A stretch of 62,291 bases of DNA from IMG/VR virus record IMGVR_UViG_3300006750_000007, positions 1 through 62,291 of that record; one strand, 5' to 3'. The notes below the pieces were generated by a model that worked only from the letters and a program-made list of their open reading frames with translations, searched no databases and was not told the DNA's origin. The position numbers and the translations under genes were made by a program. This document shows positions 1 to 9,469 of this stretch, piece after piece. Each line of letters opens with the position of its first letter. The first letter of the stretch is position 1. Origin of the DNA: a virus. Taxonomy: Duplodnaviria; Caudoviricetes.

Positions 1-439
1 TGTTTGAAAAGGAGAAATATAGGTCTATAGGTCTAAGGGCGTAAGCCCTTAAACACATAAACTATACAATACATTTAAGCATTTGGATTGATTAACCAAT
101 CTAAGTTGGTCAATACTCCATCTATTATTACTTGTTCCTTTTTCATATGGCGATACGATTTAAGAATAGTGTTACCTATAGTGGTATTATACCTTATTAT
201 GATAAGGTATAGATTAGAGTCATAGGTATTAACTCGATTATACATAAAGTCCAACATATTAACATACTTTAATGTTGGTTAGTCTTTGTATCATGATATG
301 TCTTCAAAGATTACTTTAATATTTTAAATGTGTGAGGAGCTATAAACTCTCCTCCCTGCACTCAGCTGATGTGCGATTTTCCTATATGCCTATAGGGTGG
401 CTTTTAATATTAAGCTTTATTGATGTTCAAAAAGAGAGT

Positions 440-468
440 AAAAAAAAGGTATAGCCTTTAGGCTATAC
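440..468 (-). terminator. Rho-independent terminator of the 463..651 gene
   Basis: GTATAGCC-ttta-GGCTATAC (449-468) next to an A-run at 440-447 (U-tract on the minus strand); the ORF stop lies inside the stem. Confidence 0.7.
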
Positions 469-651
469 TCTTTTTGATACGAACTCGTATCCGATGGCTT
501 CGTCACTAAGACCAAGCGTTTTCGCTTGGGCGTGAGTGAAGAAGACGGAGCTAGGACGAGAAAGCTTTTTAGCTTTCTTGTCTAAAGAAGCGTTGAATTC
601 AACAATGACGAAATTATCTGTTGTTTTGATGTTGGCGATGATATTTTTCAT
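463..651 (-). CDS. small hypothetical protein (62 aa), divergent from the late module
   Basis: ORF with upstream hairpin and downstream terminator; higher GC than its surroundings. Confidence 0.7.
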   Translation of the reverse strand: MKNIIANIKTTDNFVIVEFNASLDKKAKKLSRPSSVFFTHAQAKTLGLSDEAIGYEFVSKRV

Positions 652-829
652 AACGCAATAGTATTAGCGGAGCGGGTTAGTTCCCACTCCATTACAAAGC
701 GCGGGTCTTTGATTGAGATGGTCAACGTATTCATAAATAAATTAAAAAAATATTTTCCCTAAAAAATTTTTTATATTATTTTTTTTATATCTTTACGCCA
801 GTTAACAACGATCACCACTACTCAGGATT

Positions 830-882
830 AAGCCTCCTGTCTTTCTTTCTTTCTTTCTTTTATTTCATCTCTCAGGAGGCTT
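830..882 (+). other. 10-bp inverted repeat enclosing a (CTTT)5 pyrimidine loop; possible small RNA or leader structure
   Basis: AAGCCTCCTG (830-839) / CAGGAGGCTT (873-882), 33-nt loop, intergenic. Confidence 0.5.
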
Positions 883-995
883 CTTCTTAAACATAAAATT
901 ACATTCATAATTATTCATATCTACTATAGAGGATAATAATGCCTTGAACTGAAATAGAAAGTAAACAGATTTGTTTACTAATTAAAAAAGAAAGA

Positions 996-1295
996 ATGAT
1001 AGCTTACAAATTATTTAGAGAATTGAAGGATGGTAATATTACACCATTATTTATTAATAAGAAATTAAGACTTCCTTTTAATGAGTGGATGCCTGCAGAA
1101 GAACATCGAACTAAAGGATTCGCATTTAGACCTGGATGGCATTGTACTCATAAAGCAGAGGCTCCTCATCTATCCTCTAAAGGGAGAATATGGTGTAAGG
1201 TGGAAATAGAGGACTACGAGATTATGGAGCGTCCTAAGCATCAAGGAGGCACTTGGTATTTAGCAAAAAAGATGAGAATTTTAGAAAGGATATAG
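996..1295 (+). CDS. hypothetical phage protein
   Basis: 99-aa ORF, A-rich start context, FRPGWHC / QGGTWY motifs. Confidence 0.8.
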   Translation: MIAYKLFRELKDGNITPLFINKKLRLPFNEWMPAEEHRTKGFAFRPGWHCTHKAEAPHLSSKGRIWCKVEIEDYEIMERPKHQGGTWYLAKKMRILERI

Positions 1296-1306
1296 AGATT
1301 TTTTCT

Positions 1307-1314
1307 TATCTTTG
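1307..1314 (+). promoter_or_regulatory. Bacteroidota-type -7 promoter element
   Basis: TATCTTTG matches TAnnTTTG, 30 nt upstream of ORF 1345; -33 element imperfect. Confidence 0.5.
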
Positions 1315-1344
1315 TTTTGAAAGAAATTATTAAAAGAAAGAAAA

Positions 1345-1749
1345 ATGGAGAAATACTACACACCAGAAATAGAAGAGTTTCATATTGGCTTTAAATATGA
1401 AATAAGAGATGGAGGACATTGGCATCAAAGTATTTATGCTTCTTCTCACGGATTAGATACTAGGACCTTAACAAATTTAGTCAGAGTCAAACACCTTGAC
1501 AGAGAAGATATAGAGAGTTGTGATTTTAAACAATCTAGCCTACATAGCAATATCTTTTTAAAGGATTGTGATGAATGGAATCACAGACCTGCAGAATGCA
1601 TAGGGATAAACTTTAACGAAGGGCTTGACCATATATTGATATTCTTTGTAGAGAAAGGAGGAAAGATTAAGTATGGGCAAACTATTTTCGCAGGGAAACT
1701 TAAAAACAAATCAGAACTTAAACGAATACTAAAACAGATAGGAGTATGA
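1345..1749 (+). CDS. hypothetical phage protein
   Basis: 134-aa ORF; N- and C-termini resemble those of 2033..2293. Confidence 0.8.
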   Translation: MEKYYTPEIEEFHIGFKYEIRDGGHWHQSIYASSHGLDTRTLTNLVRVKHLDREDIESCDFKQSSLHSNIFLKDCDEWNHRPAECIGINFNEGLDHILIFFVEKGGKIKYGQTIFAGKLKNKSELKRILKQIGV

Positions 1750-2033
1750 TACACACAGCAATTATTATTAGCATGGCATCTTTAGGATTTAGATGTATTA
1801 CTGGACCAGGAATGGTTTTTTACTTCCTGCGTAAACCATTTGAGAATGCTCATCCAATAATCAAGTATTTAGCTAAACCTTTAATCCTGTGCTCTACCTG
1901 TATGGCATCAGTTCATACATTAGTATGGTATCCTTATTTAATAGGAGAGTATAATTGGAATATAGTTATTACTATGTTAATGGTAGCATTTCTAAATACA
2001 ATATTGTATAAATTAATAGAATCATTTAAGTAA
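1746..2033 (+). CDS. small membrane protein with CxxC (DUF1360-like)
   Basis: hydrophobic segments, CSTCMAS motif, ATGA overlap with the previous gene. Confidence 0.6.
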   Translation: MIHTAIIISMASLGFRCITGPGMVFYFLRKPFENAHPIIKYLAKPLILCSTCMASVHTLVWYPYLIGEYNWNIVITMLMVAFLNTILYKLIESFK

Positions 2034-2293
2034 TGGAAGAAAGATATATTCCTTCTGAAGAGGAACTAAAAGAACTAAGCCTAGAAAAAGGAGAAGTCAC
2101 AGAAGTAAGTGGCTTTATCATATCGGCACATCAAGGAGATTTTCATATGGCTATATATGAGAAACAATTTGAACCTAATAAAGGATTTGTAGAATTTGTA
2201 TTACAAGATCCTAATAAAGGAATCGTATTTATTGGAATACTTAAATCATTTGAAGAACTTAAAGATCAATTAGAGAGATGTCGACTGAGCTAA
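2033..2293 (+). CDS. hypothetical protein
   Basis: TAATG-coupled 86-aa ORF. Confidence 0.7.
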   Translation: MEERYIPSEEELKELSLEKGEVTEVSGFIISAHQGDFHMAIYEKQFEPNKGFVEFVLQDPNKGIVFIGILKSFEELKDQLERCRLS

Positions 2294-2952
2294 AATACTC
2301 AAAAGATAAAAGAGTAGTCTTTGATGAAGGTCCTCATACTTACATGTTAGGTAAAAGACAGTTGACTTCGGTCACTACATTTCTCTCTAGGTTTAAGAAC
2401 AAGTTTGATAGAGAAGGTGTGTCTAAGGCTTATGCCAAGAAACATAAAATAGCTCAAGCTAAAGTGTTAGAGGAATGGGACCAGAAGAGAGATTTCTCTT
2501 GTGAGATGGGAACAGCTGTACATAAGATATTTGAGGATTATATAGATGGTAAAGGAATTATTGCTAGCGGAAAATATCCTAAAGAACAAGTAGCTATTGA
2601 CTTTATATATGATTATTTTGTAAGTGGGAAGCTTACTCCTATAGAGTCTGAGTTAATTGTGTATGATACTAAGAAAGGATTAGCAGGACAGATAGATTGT
2701 TTAGCTAAAAAACCTGATGGTACTGTAGTGATGCTAGATTGGAAAACTAATAAGAAGTTAAATGATACTGGCTTTGCTGGTCAAAGAATGAAACAACCTT
2801 ATACTCATCTACAGGATTGTAATCTTAATCACTATGCCATGCAATTAGATATTTATAAATCTATGTGTAAAGAATATGATATTAAGAAAACATTTATTGT
2901 CCACATAGGATTTGATAAATATCAAGTAATAGAAACAAAAGAAATATTATGA
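2278..2952 (+). CDS. PD-(D/E)XK exonuclease (RecB/Cas4-like superfamily)
   Basis: SVTT, GTAVH, AGQIDCL, LDWKT and YAMQLDIY motifs. Confidence 0.85.
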   Translation: MSTELKYSKDKRVVFDEGPHTYMLGKRQLTSVTTFLSRFKNKFDREGVSKAYAKKHKIAQAKVLEEWDQKRDFSCEMGTAVHKIFEDYIDGKGIIASGKYPKEQVAIDFIYDYFVSGKLTPIESELIVYDTKKGLAGQIDCLAKKPDGTVVMLDWKTNKKLNDTGFAGQRMKQPYTHLQDCNLNHYAMQLDIYKSMCKEYDIKKTFIVHIGFDKYQVIETKEIL

Positions 2953-3149
2953 GTAAACTAACAATAGAAATAGATTTTAAAATAGGACAGATGGTTTATT
3001 TAAAGACAGATCCTGAGCAAGTAATCTTTATGGTAACTGCTCTTAAAGTAGAAGCAGACTGTGTATTATATGAATTAGTTGCGGGGCTTACAAGAGGCCA
3101 ATTCCCTTCTATAGAGATATCTGAAAGTAAGTCAATAGAATATATGTAA
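2949..3149 (+). CDS. hypothetical protein
   Basis: 66-aa coupled ORF with FKIGQMVYLKTDPEQ. Confidence 0.7.
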   Translation: MSKLTIEIDFKIGQMVYLKTDPEQVIFMVTALKVEADCVLYELVAGLTRGQFPSIEISESKSIEYM

Positions 3150-3158
3150 GAAGTTTTA

Positions 3159-3189
3159 TTTGGAATTATAATATAAAGTGTTATATTTG
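3159..3189 (+). promoter_or_regulatory. Bacteroidota primary-sigma promoter (-33/-7)
   Basis: TTTG (3159-3162), 19 nt, TATATTTG (3182-3189): consensus TTTG-N19-21-TAnnTTTG; intergenic upstream of ORF 3216. Confidence 0.75.
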
Positions 3190-3215
3190 TAAATACAAGT
3201 TGCAATTATAATTAT

Positions 3216-3581
3216 ATGTTAAAGGAAATTCCTATAAAATGTACTGATAGAAACTTCTATCGGTTTTACGTAGAGCTATTGAATCCTATAGCCAAGTTAC
3301 GGAAAAAAGAATTAGACGTCTTAGCTCAACTTTTATATTATGATAACAAATATAGAAGTCTCGAAGAGAAGATAAGATACAAGATACTTTTTGATCAAGA
3401 TACTAAATTAGAAATAAGAGAGGTCCTGAATTTATCAGAAGCCTCTCTAAATAATAATTTATCAGAGCTCAGGAAGAAGAAAGTAATTAAAAATAATCAG
3501 ATTGCTAAGGGTTATAGAGTAACTCCAGGCAAGCATAATAAATTAGTCTTCAACTTCATAATACATGCTGATTCAAAATAA
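3216..3581 (+). CDS. putative winged-HTH DNA-binding protein
   Basis: IREVLNLSEASLNNNLSELRKKKVI resembles an HTH plus wing. Confidence 0.6.
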   Translation: MLKEIPIKCTDRNFYRFYVELLNPIAKLRKKELDVLAQLLYYDNKYRSLEEKIRYKILFDQDTKLEIREVLNLSEASLNNNLSELRKKKVIKNNQIAKGYRVTPGKHNKLVFNFIIHADSK

Positions 3582-3789
3582 GACTAAGAGAATTATTAAA
3601 AGGTTGGCTACTAAGTATAATCTATCTGAAGCAGAAATTACTAAGATAGTTTATGCAGGAATTACACTGATGAAGGATAAGATGAAAGAGGGTGACGGAT
3701 ATAATGAAGAAACCTATAGTAATACTAGAATAAAAGGATGGGGAATATTTGCAGTAAGACCCCATCGATTTAAAAAGAAAGAAGAATGA
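3565..3789 (+). CDS. HU/IHF-like DNA-binding protein
   Basis: small basic protein with helix-helix followed by RIKGWGIFAV. Confidence 0.6.
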   Translation: MLIQNKTKRIIKRLATKYNLSEAEITKIVYAGITLMKDKMKEGDGYNEETYSNTRIKGWGIFAVRPHRFKKKEE

Positions 3790-4337
3790 ATCTATTAGAA
3801 GTAACTAGAAAGGATGGACTGGAGATAAATCCTCACTTACTCGTGATAAAAGAGTTTAAGAAAATATGGACTAGAGATAGGAGTAAAAATAAAGCTAACG
3901 CTCAGAATGAATTAGCGTATATATATTATTGGTGTTCTGCTAAGTCACCTTATAGAAAATACCCTAATGAAGAAAGGACTGATAGGATTAAAGAAGATAT
4001 CTTCGATAAGAATCCTAAATGGAAACCTGATCAGTTAATAAATGATGCATGTATTAAATATATAGAGTTAACTACTTCTATTTATATGGAATTACTACAG
4101 GATGCTGTTGGGGCTGCTCAACAATTAAGAAAATACTTTCAGATTGTTAATGTAGAAGATATGGATGAGAAAGGTAAACCTATATACGCCGCAAAAGATA
4201 TCATAGCTAATATGAAATCAATAGGAGATGCTATCACTGGTCTTAAGAAATTAGAAGAAGAGGTAGAAAAAGATGAGGCTAAGACAGACTCAAAAATTAG
4301 AGGAGGAGGACAAAAAGGAATATTTGAAGATGCATAA
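3786..4337 (+). CDS. conserved-looking protein upstream of TerL (small terminase candidate)
   Basis: 183 aa, C-terminal coiled coil ending IRGGG; function inferred from position only. Confidence 0.45.
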   Translation: MNLLEVTRKDGLEINPHLLVIKEFKKIWTRDRSKNKANAQNELAYIYYWCSAKSPYRKYPNEERTDRIKEDIFDKNPKWKPDQLINDACIKYIELTTSIYMELLQDAVGAAQQLRKYFQIVNVEDMDEKGKPIYAAKDIIANMKSIGDAITGLKKLEEEVEKDEAKTDSKIRGGGQKGIFEDA

Positions 4338-4443
4338 ATATATACAGACGGGTACTGATATTATTATAACATGGTGCTCGACATCTACGGATGAAGATTT
4401 AATAGATATAAAGTATCAATATATAAAAGATGGAGAAAAATAA
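4330..4443 (+). CDS. possible 37-aa ORF missing from the track
   Basis: ATG at 4330, TAA at 4441; overlaps both neighbours and fills the gap. Confidence 0.3.
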   Translation: MHKYIQTGTDIIITWCSTSTDEDLIDIKYQYIKDGEK

Positions 4444-4867
4444 TAAAGTATTCAGAGTAAGATTTCATTTGCAAGCAGGAGAGAACTTTGAAAAATGGCA
4501 AGTCAAAGATGAATTAAATAATATAAAGTTCTATGATCCTAAAGAGGTTACTCTAATAATGGAGAATTGTACTCTTAAGAATAGAAGAAAGATTGCACAG
4601 AAAATTAACAAAGGAGCTAATAAGACTGTATGTGCTTGGGTACAATGTACTAGAGTTACTCCTGTTAAACCAAGATACGATGAGTTAGGAATTATTGTTC
4701 ACTATAGTCCTCGTGAACATCCATTCTGGGAAACCAGAGGAAAGTGTTTAGATAACAAAGATTTTGGAGTATTAATTACTGAAGGAAAACTTGTAAAGGC
4801 TTTATTACCAAAACATATTAGAGATCAACATGAAGAAAAAAAAGCTGATAATACCATTATTCGATAA
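4430..4867 (+). CDS. hypothetical protein
   Basis: 145-aa ORF, RVRFHLQAGENFEKWQV and NKTVCAWV motifs. Confidence 0.75.
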   Translation: MEKNNKVFRVRFHLQAGENFEKWQVKDELNNIKFYDPKEVTLIMENCTLKNRRKIAQKINKGANKTVCAWVQCTRVTPVKPRYDELGIIVHYSPREHPFWETRGKCLDNKDFGVLITEGKLVKALLPKHIRDQHEEKKADNTIIR

Positions 4868-6878
4868 GGAGAAGTCATTTGATAAGCATGATAATTTTAG
4901 AGAAGCTGCCCTTCACTTTAAAGAGTTTGGTAGATATACTAATTATACTCCGAACGATCATCCTGGTTCTCAATATTACAAGTATTGGGAAGAAGAGCAT
5001 CGTCGTTGTATAGAAGGATTAAATTTAGGATGGGATTTTATATCAGGTTATAATTATTGGTATCTTAATTATTCTCCCATACAGGTAGTAGAAGCACTAG
5101 AAGAAGTTAGTGAAGATGGTAGAGTTGAGGGTAGAAGGTTTGAAGACTTTCCTGCGTTCTGGGATGGTGATTATTATTACTATCATTATTTAGAAGAAGC
5201 AGAAAATCGAGGTAAACATGGTTCTGTTTTAAAAACAAGGGGTAGAGGTTACTCATTTAAAGGTGGGTCAATGTTGACTCGTAATTATTTTCATATTCCT
5301 AAGTCTAAATCTTATGCAATGGCATCTGAAAAAGCTTATCTTAATGAAGATGGTCTTCTTACTAAAGCATGGGACATTATGGATTTTGTTGATGAACATA
5401 CTCCTTGGTCTAAACGTAGACATTTTGCTGATAGACAAATGCATAGAAGAGCTAGTTATTCAGAAACTACAGGAGGACTAAAAATAGAAAAAGGATACAA
5501 GTCAGAAATTATTGGAGTATCATTAAAAGATAATCCTGATAAAGCAAGGGGAAAAAGGGGTAAGCTAATACTTTGGGAGGAAGCAGGAAAGTTTCCTGGT
5601 CTACTTAAAGCCTGGCAAGTAGCACGGCCATCAATGGAACAAGGTAAAATTACTTTTGGTTTAATGATTGCGTTTGGTACAGGTGGTACAGAAGGGGCCA
5701 ACTTTGAAGCGCTAGAAGAAACATTTTATAATCCTAAAGGTTATAATATTCATCATATAGAAAATATTTGGGATAAAGGTAGAGAAGGAACACAGTGTGG
5801 ATTCTTTATGCCTACTCTTATGAACTATGAAGGATGTTATAATAAATACGGAAGGAGCGATCAAGACAAAGCAAAAGAATGGGAGGATAAAGAAAGAAAA
5901 CTAATTAAAGAGAATGCTCAAAATGCTAATGCTTATTCTCAACATGTAGCAGAGAATCCTTATACTCCTCAAGAAGCAGTGATGAGAACTGCAGGTTCTA
6001 TATTCCCAATTAGATATTTAAGAGAACATCTTACTGAAATAGAATCAGACACTAAGAAGTATATAGATACTTCATGGATTGGTAAGTTTGTAGTAGAAGC
6101 TACAACTGGTAAAGTTGATTGGAAACTGGACCCAGATGCTAGACCAATTACTGCATTTCCACTTACAGATTCAAACAATATTGATGGAGCTCCCGTTCTA
6201 TATGAAATGCCTTATAGAAATGCTGATGGAGATATTCCTTATGGAATGTACATAGCAGGATGTGATCCATACGATCATGATGAATCTCAAACAAACTCGT
6301 TAGGTTCGTTATTTATAATGAATGTTCTTAACGACAGGATAGTAGCTGAGTATACAGGGAGACCTTCCACGGCGGAAGAGTTTTATGAATTGTCACGTAG
6401 AATATTAATATATTTTAATGCTAGAATGAATTATGAGAATAACCTTAAAGGATTATTTACATATTTCAAGAATAAGAATGCAACTCACTTACTTACTGAT
6501 ACTCCTGAAGTGCTGGTAGACAAAGAAGTAATGACTACAACTATGTTGAACCGTAAGAAAGGTACACCTGGTACGGTAATGGTTAACAAATGGGGCCGAG
6601 AATTAATTAAGACTTGGTTACTAACTCCTTGTCCAGATAATCCAGACGTAATGAATTTACAAAAGATTCGTTCCATCCCACTACTAAAGGAGTTAATTTA
6701 TTGGAACAAGGAAGGTAACTTTGATAGAGTTTCTTCGTTAATCATGTTAATGATTCAAAAACAAGAAGTTGCACGAATAGATGTTCATAAAGAAAAAAAA
6801 ATAAAAACATTATCGCAAGATCCATTTTGGGATAGGCCATTTAAAACACAAAATAGCTATAATAAATGGAACTTATAA
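4830..6878 (+). CDS. terL: terminase large subunit
   Basis: KTRGRGYS P-loop variant, LILWEEAG Walker B, GTGG coupling motif, GCDPYD and FDRV nuclease motifs; directly upstream of portal. Confidence 0.93.
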   Translation: MKKKKLIIPLFDKEKSFDKHDNFREAALHFKEFGRYTNYTPNDHPGSQYYKYWEEEHRRCIEGLNLGWDFISGYNYWYLNYSPIQVVEALEEVSEDGRVEGRRFEDFPAFWDGDYYYYHYLEEAENRGKHGSVLKTRGRGYSFKGGSMLTRNYFHIPKSKSYAMASEKAYLNEDGLLTKAWDIMDFVDEHTPWSKRRHFADRQMHRRASYSETTGGLKIEKGYKSEIIGVSLKDNPDKARGKRGKLILWEEAGKFPGLLKAWQVARPSMEQGKITFGLMIAFGTGGTEGANFEALEETFYNPKGYNIHHIENIWDKGREGTQCGFFMPTLMNYEGCYNKYGRSDQDKAKEWEDKERKLIKENAQNANAYSQHVAENPYTPQEAVMRTAGSIFPIRYLREHLTEIESDTKKYIDTSWIGKFVVEATTGKVDWKLDPDARPITAFPLTDSNNIDGAPVLYEMPYRNADGDIPYGMYIAGCDPYDHDESQTNSLGSLFIMNVLNDRIVAEYTGRPSTAEEFYELSRRILIYFNARMNYENNLKGLFTYFKNKNATHLLTDTPEVLVDKEVMTTTMLNRKKGTPGTVMVNKWGRELIKTWLLTPCPDNPDVMNLQKIRSIPLLKELIYWNKEGNFDRVSSLIMLMIQKQEVARIDVHKEKKIKTLSQDPFWDRPFKTQNSYNKWNL

Positions 6879-6923
6879 AAATAAATAATTATTATTGTAA
6901 ATTGATAAAATTCAAAAAAAGAA

Positions 6924-9389
6924 ATGGCGTATAATAATTTAACTCAGTTTCCTTCTCAAAAGAAATCAACTGCTCAAAAATTAGCGAGTAATAAAAAATG
7001 GGCAAAGGAATGCATTGATGCTTCTGAAGGTATTACAGACTTTAAAGACAATAGAATTCGTAGATCTTATTATAACAAGAAAGTCAACTATGATTTGTAC
7101 AATGATATCTTAGATCAAAATGATATTCAACAAGTTACAAATCCAATGGGATTACGAGATACTTCATTTCCTGCTAAGATGCAAAACTATCCAATAGCTA
7201 ATCCTAAGATAGATCTTTTATTAGGTGAAGAATATAAAAGAAGATTTGATTGGAGAGTACGTTCTGTAAACTCAGATGCTATATCACAAAAGGAAGACGA
7301 AAAGAAAAATCAAATAATGCAACTGATGAAGGAGCATTTAACTGAAGATGTATTTGATGAAGAAGAAGCAAAAAAAGAATTACAAAAATTAAATAAATAT
7401 CTTAATTACGATTACCAAGATCTTAGAGAATTAAATGCTACTAGACTTCTTACATATTTATACAAAGACCAAAGCCTTAAAACAAAATTCAATGCAGGAT
7501 TCTTAGACGGTTTAATTTCAGCAGAAGAAATTTATTGTTGTGATATTATATCAGGAGAACCAGTAATGAGAAAAGTAAATCCTCTTAATCTTCATACTTT
7601 ACGTAGTGGAGATTCTCATTTTATTGAAGATTCAGATATCATAATTGAGTTCTCATATGAATCAATAGGGAGAGTAATAGATATGTTCTATGACGAACTT
7701 ACGCCTAAAGAAGTAGATGACTTAGAGTCTGGTCATTCTTTAAAGAGCGAAACTAATTCACCATTAAATCATAAAAGTGCTAATGCTATTTTTGATCTTA
7801 GCACTTTAGCACAAGAACGTAATGGACAAGATGGACTGGTTGAAGTAAATTCAAATGCTGATCAATCTTATACAGGTGGAACATACGATACTGAAGGCAA
7901 TGTAAAAGTTACTAGAGTAGTATGGAAATCTAGAAGAAAGCTAGGCAAATTAAAATATTACGACGAAGAAGGAAACGAACAAGAAAAGATTGTTGACGAA
8001 AACTATAAAGCAGAGAAAGAGAGAGGAGAAGAAATTAAATGGATTTGGGTTAACGAATGGTGGGAAGGTACAAAAATCGGGGAGAATATTTATGTTAAAA
8101 TTGGACCACGTCCTGTACAATACCGTTCAATGGATAATCTTTCTAAATGTTATCCTGGATATGTAGGCACACTATATGCTACTAATGATTCAAAAGCGAA
8201 ATCATTAATGGATAGAATGAAACCATATCAGTATCTATATAATGTATTTATGTATAGAACTGAATTAGCATTTGCTAAATCTAAAGGTAAAATTGCACAA
8301 CTTGATTTATCTTTAGTACCAGACGAATGGGAACTTGATAAATGGATGTACTATGCTGAAGTATTAGGATGGGCCCCTGTTGACAGGTTTAAAGAAGGAA
8401 CTAAAGGTGCAGCTCAAGGAAAATTATCTGGGCAATTCCAACAACCTACTCAAGTATTAGATATGGAGATGGGTTCATATATTCAACAACATATTATGAT
8501 GTTAGGATATCTAGAGAACCAAATGGGAGAAATAGCAGGTGTTACTAAACAACGTCAAGGACAAATAGAGAATAGAGAATTAGTTGGAAACGTTGAAAGA
8601 GCAGTTAGTCAATCATCTCATATTACTGAGAAATGGTTTTCTGTTCATGATAATACAAAACTAAGAGCGCTAGCTACTTTATTAGAAACAGCTAAGTACG
8701 CATATAAAAAAGGTTCTAAGAAATTACAATATGTAACAGACGAGTTACAAACTGTAATGTTTGAAATAGATGGAGAAATGTTTAACGAAGCTGACTATGG
8801 ATTATTTATCTCGAATACTAATTCGGATATGGAATTACTTGCTTCTCTTAAGTCACTTGCACATGCAGGTATACAGAATGATAAGATATCGTTCTCACAA
8901 CTTATGGATATATACAATTCAGAATCTATATCTAGTATTCGTAGAAAAATTGAGAAGAGCGAAGCAGACAAAGCTCAAGAAGTTCAAGAAGCTCAAAAAC
9001 AACAACAAGAGCACGAGCAACAAATGGCAGCTAAACAACAAGAAGTTCAAAAAGAACTTCAACAAATGCAAATCGATAACCGTGAAGACGAACAAGCTCA
9101 TGAGATGGAGAAAGCATTACTGGATAGTAATACTAAACTTCAAATTAAAGCTATGGATTTCAACACAGGAGAAGAAAGAGATGATGATGATACTAATGAC
9201 AATTCTGTTAGAGATGACATCGATTTACAAAAACTTGTTCAATCTGGAAAGAAGATAGAGCAAGACTTTCAGTTGAAAAAAGAACAACTAACGGAAACTA
9301 AACGTAAGAACTTAGCCGACGAAAGAATAAAAAATAAGGATTTGAAGCAAAAAAAGGAGATAGCCTCCAAGCCTGCTATGACTAAATAA
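6924..9389 (+). CDS. portal protein
   Basis: 821 aa after TerL; NYPIANPKIDLLLGE, WIWVNEWWEGTKIG; coiled-coil C-terminus typical of crAss-like portals. Confidence 0.88.
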   Translation: MAYNNLTQFPSQKKSTAQKLASNKKWAKECIDASEGITDFKDNRIRRSYYNKKVNYDLYNDILDQNDIQQVTNPMGLRDTSFPAKMQNYPIANPKIDLLLGEEYKRRFDWRVRSVNSDAISQKEDEKKNQIMQLMKEHLTEDVFDEEEAKKELQKLNKYLNYDYQDLRELNATRLLTYLYKDQSLKTKFNAGFLDGLISAEEIYCCDIISGEPVMRKVNPLNLHTLRSGDSHFIEDSDIIIEFSYESIGRVIDMFYDELTPKEVDDLESGHSLKSETNSPLNHKSANAIFDLSTLAQERNGQDGLVEVNSNADQSYTGGTYDTEGNVKVTRVVWKSRRKLGKLKYYDEEGNEQEKIVDENYKAEKERGEEIKWIWVNEWWEGTKIGENIYVKIGPRPVQYRSMDNLSKCYPGYVGTLYATNDSKAKSLMDRMKPYQYLYNVFMYRTELAFAKSKGKIAQLDLSLVPDEWELDKWMYYAEVLGWAPVDRFKEGTKGAAQGKLSGQFQQPTQVLDMEMGSYIQQHIMMLGYLENQMGEIAGVTKQRQGQIENRELVGNVERAVSQSSHITEKWFSVHDNTKLRALATLLETAKYAYKKGSKKLQYVTDELQTVMFEIDGEMFNEADYGLFISNTNSDMELLASLKSLAHAGIQNDKISFSQLMDIYNSESISSIRRKIEKSEADKAQEVQEAQKQQQEHEQQMAAKQQEVQKELQQMQIDNREDEQAHEMEKALLDSNTKLQIKAMDFNTGEERDDDDTNDNSVRDDIDLQKLVQSGKKIEQDFQLKKEQLTETKRKNLADERIKNKDLKQKKEIASKPAMTK

Positions 9390-9469
9390 AAAAGCTATAA
9401 GCTAATTTTTATTGTTAGAAACACTAACAAAAAATTGTAAAATCACTAAACAGTAACTAATATTGCATT

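Noticed and set aside
75-257. 60-aa minus-strand ORF
   Set aside because: No recognisable motif, lies downstream of a terminator in a hairpin-rich region; cannot be supported
8770-9258. 162-aa alternative-frame ORF within the portal gene
   Set aside because: Shadow of a Gln/Glu-rich low-complexity region; no independent signals
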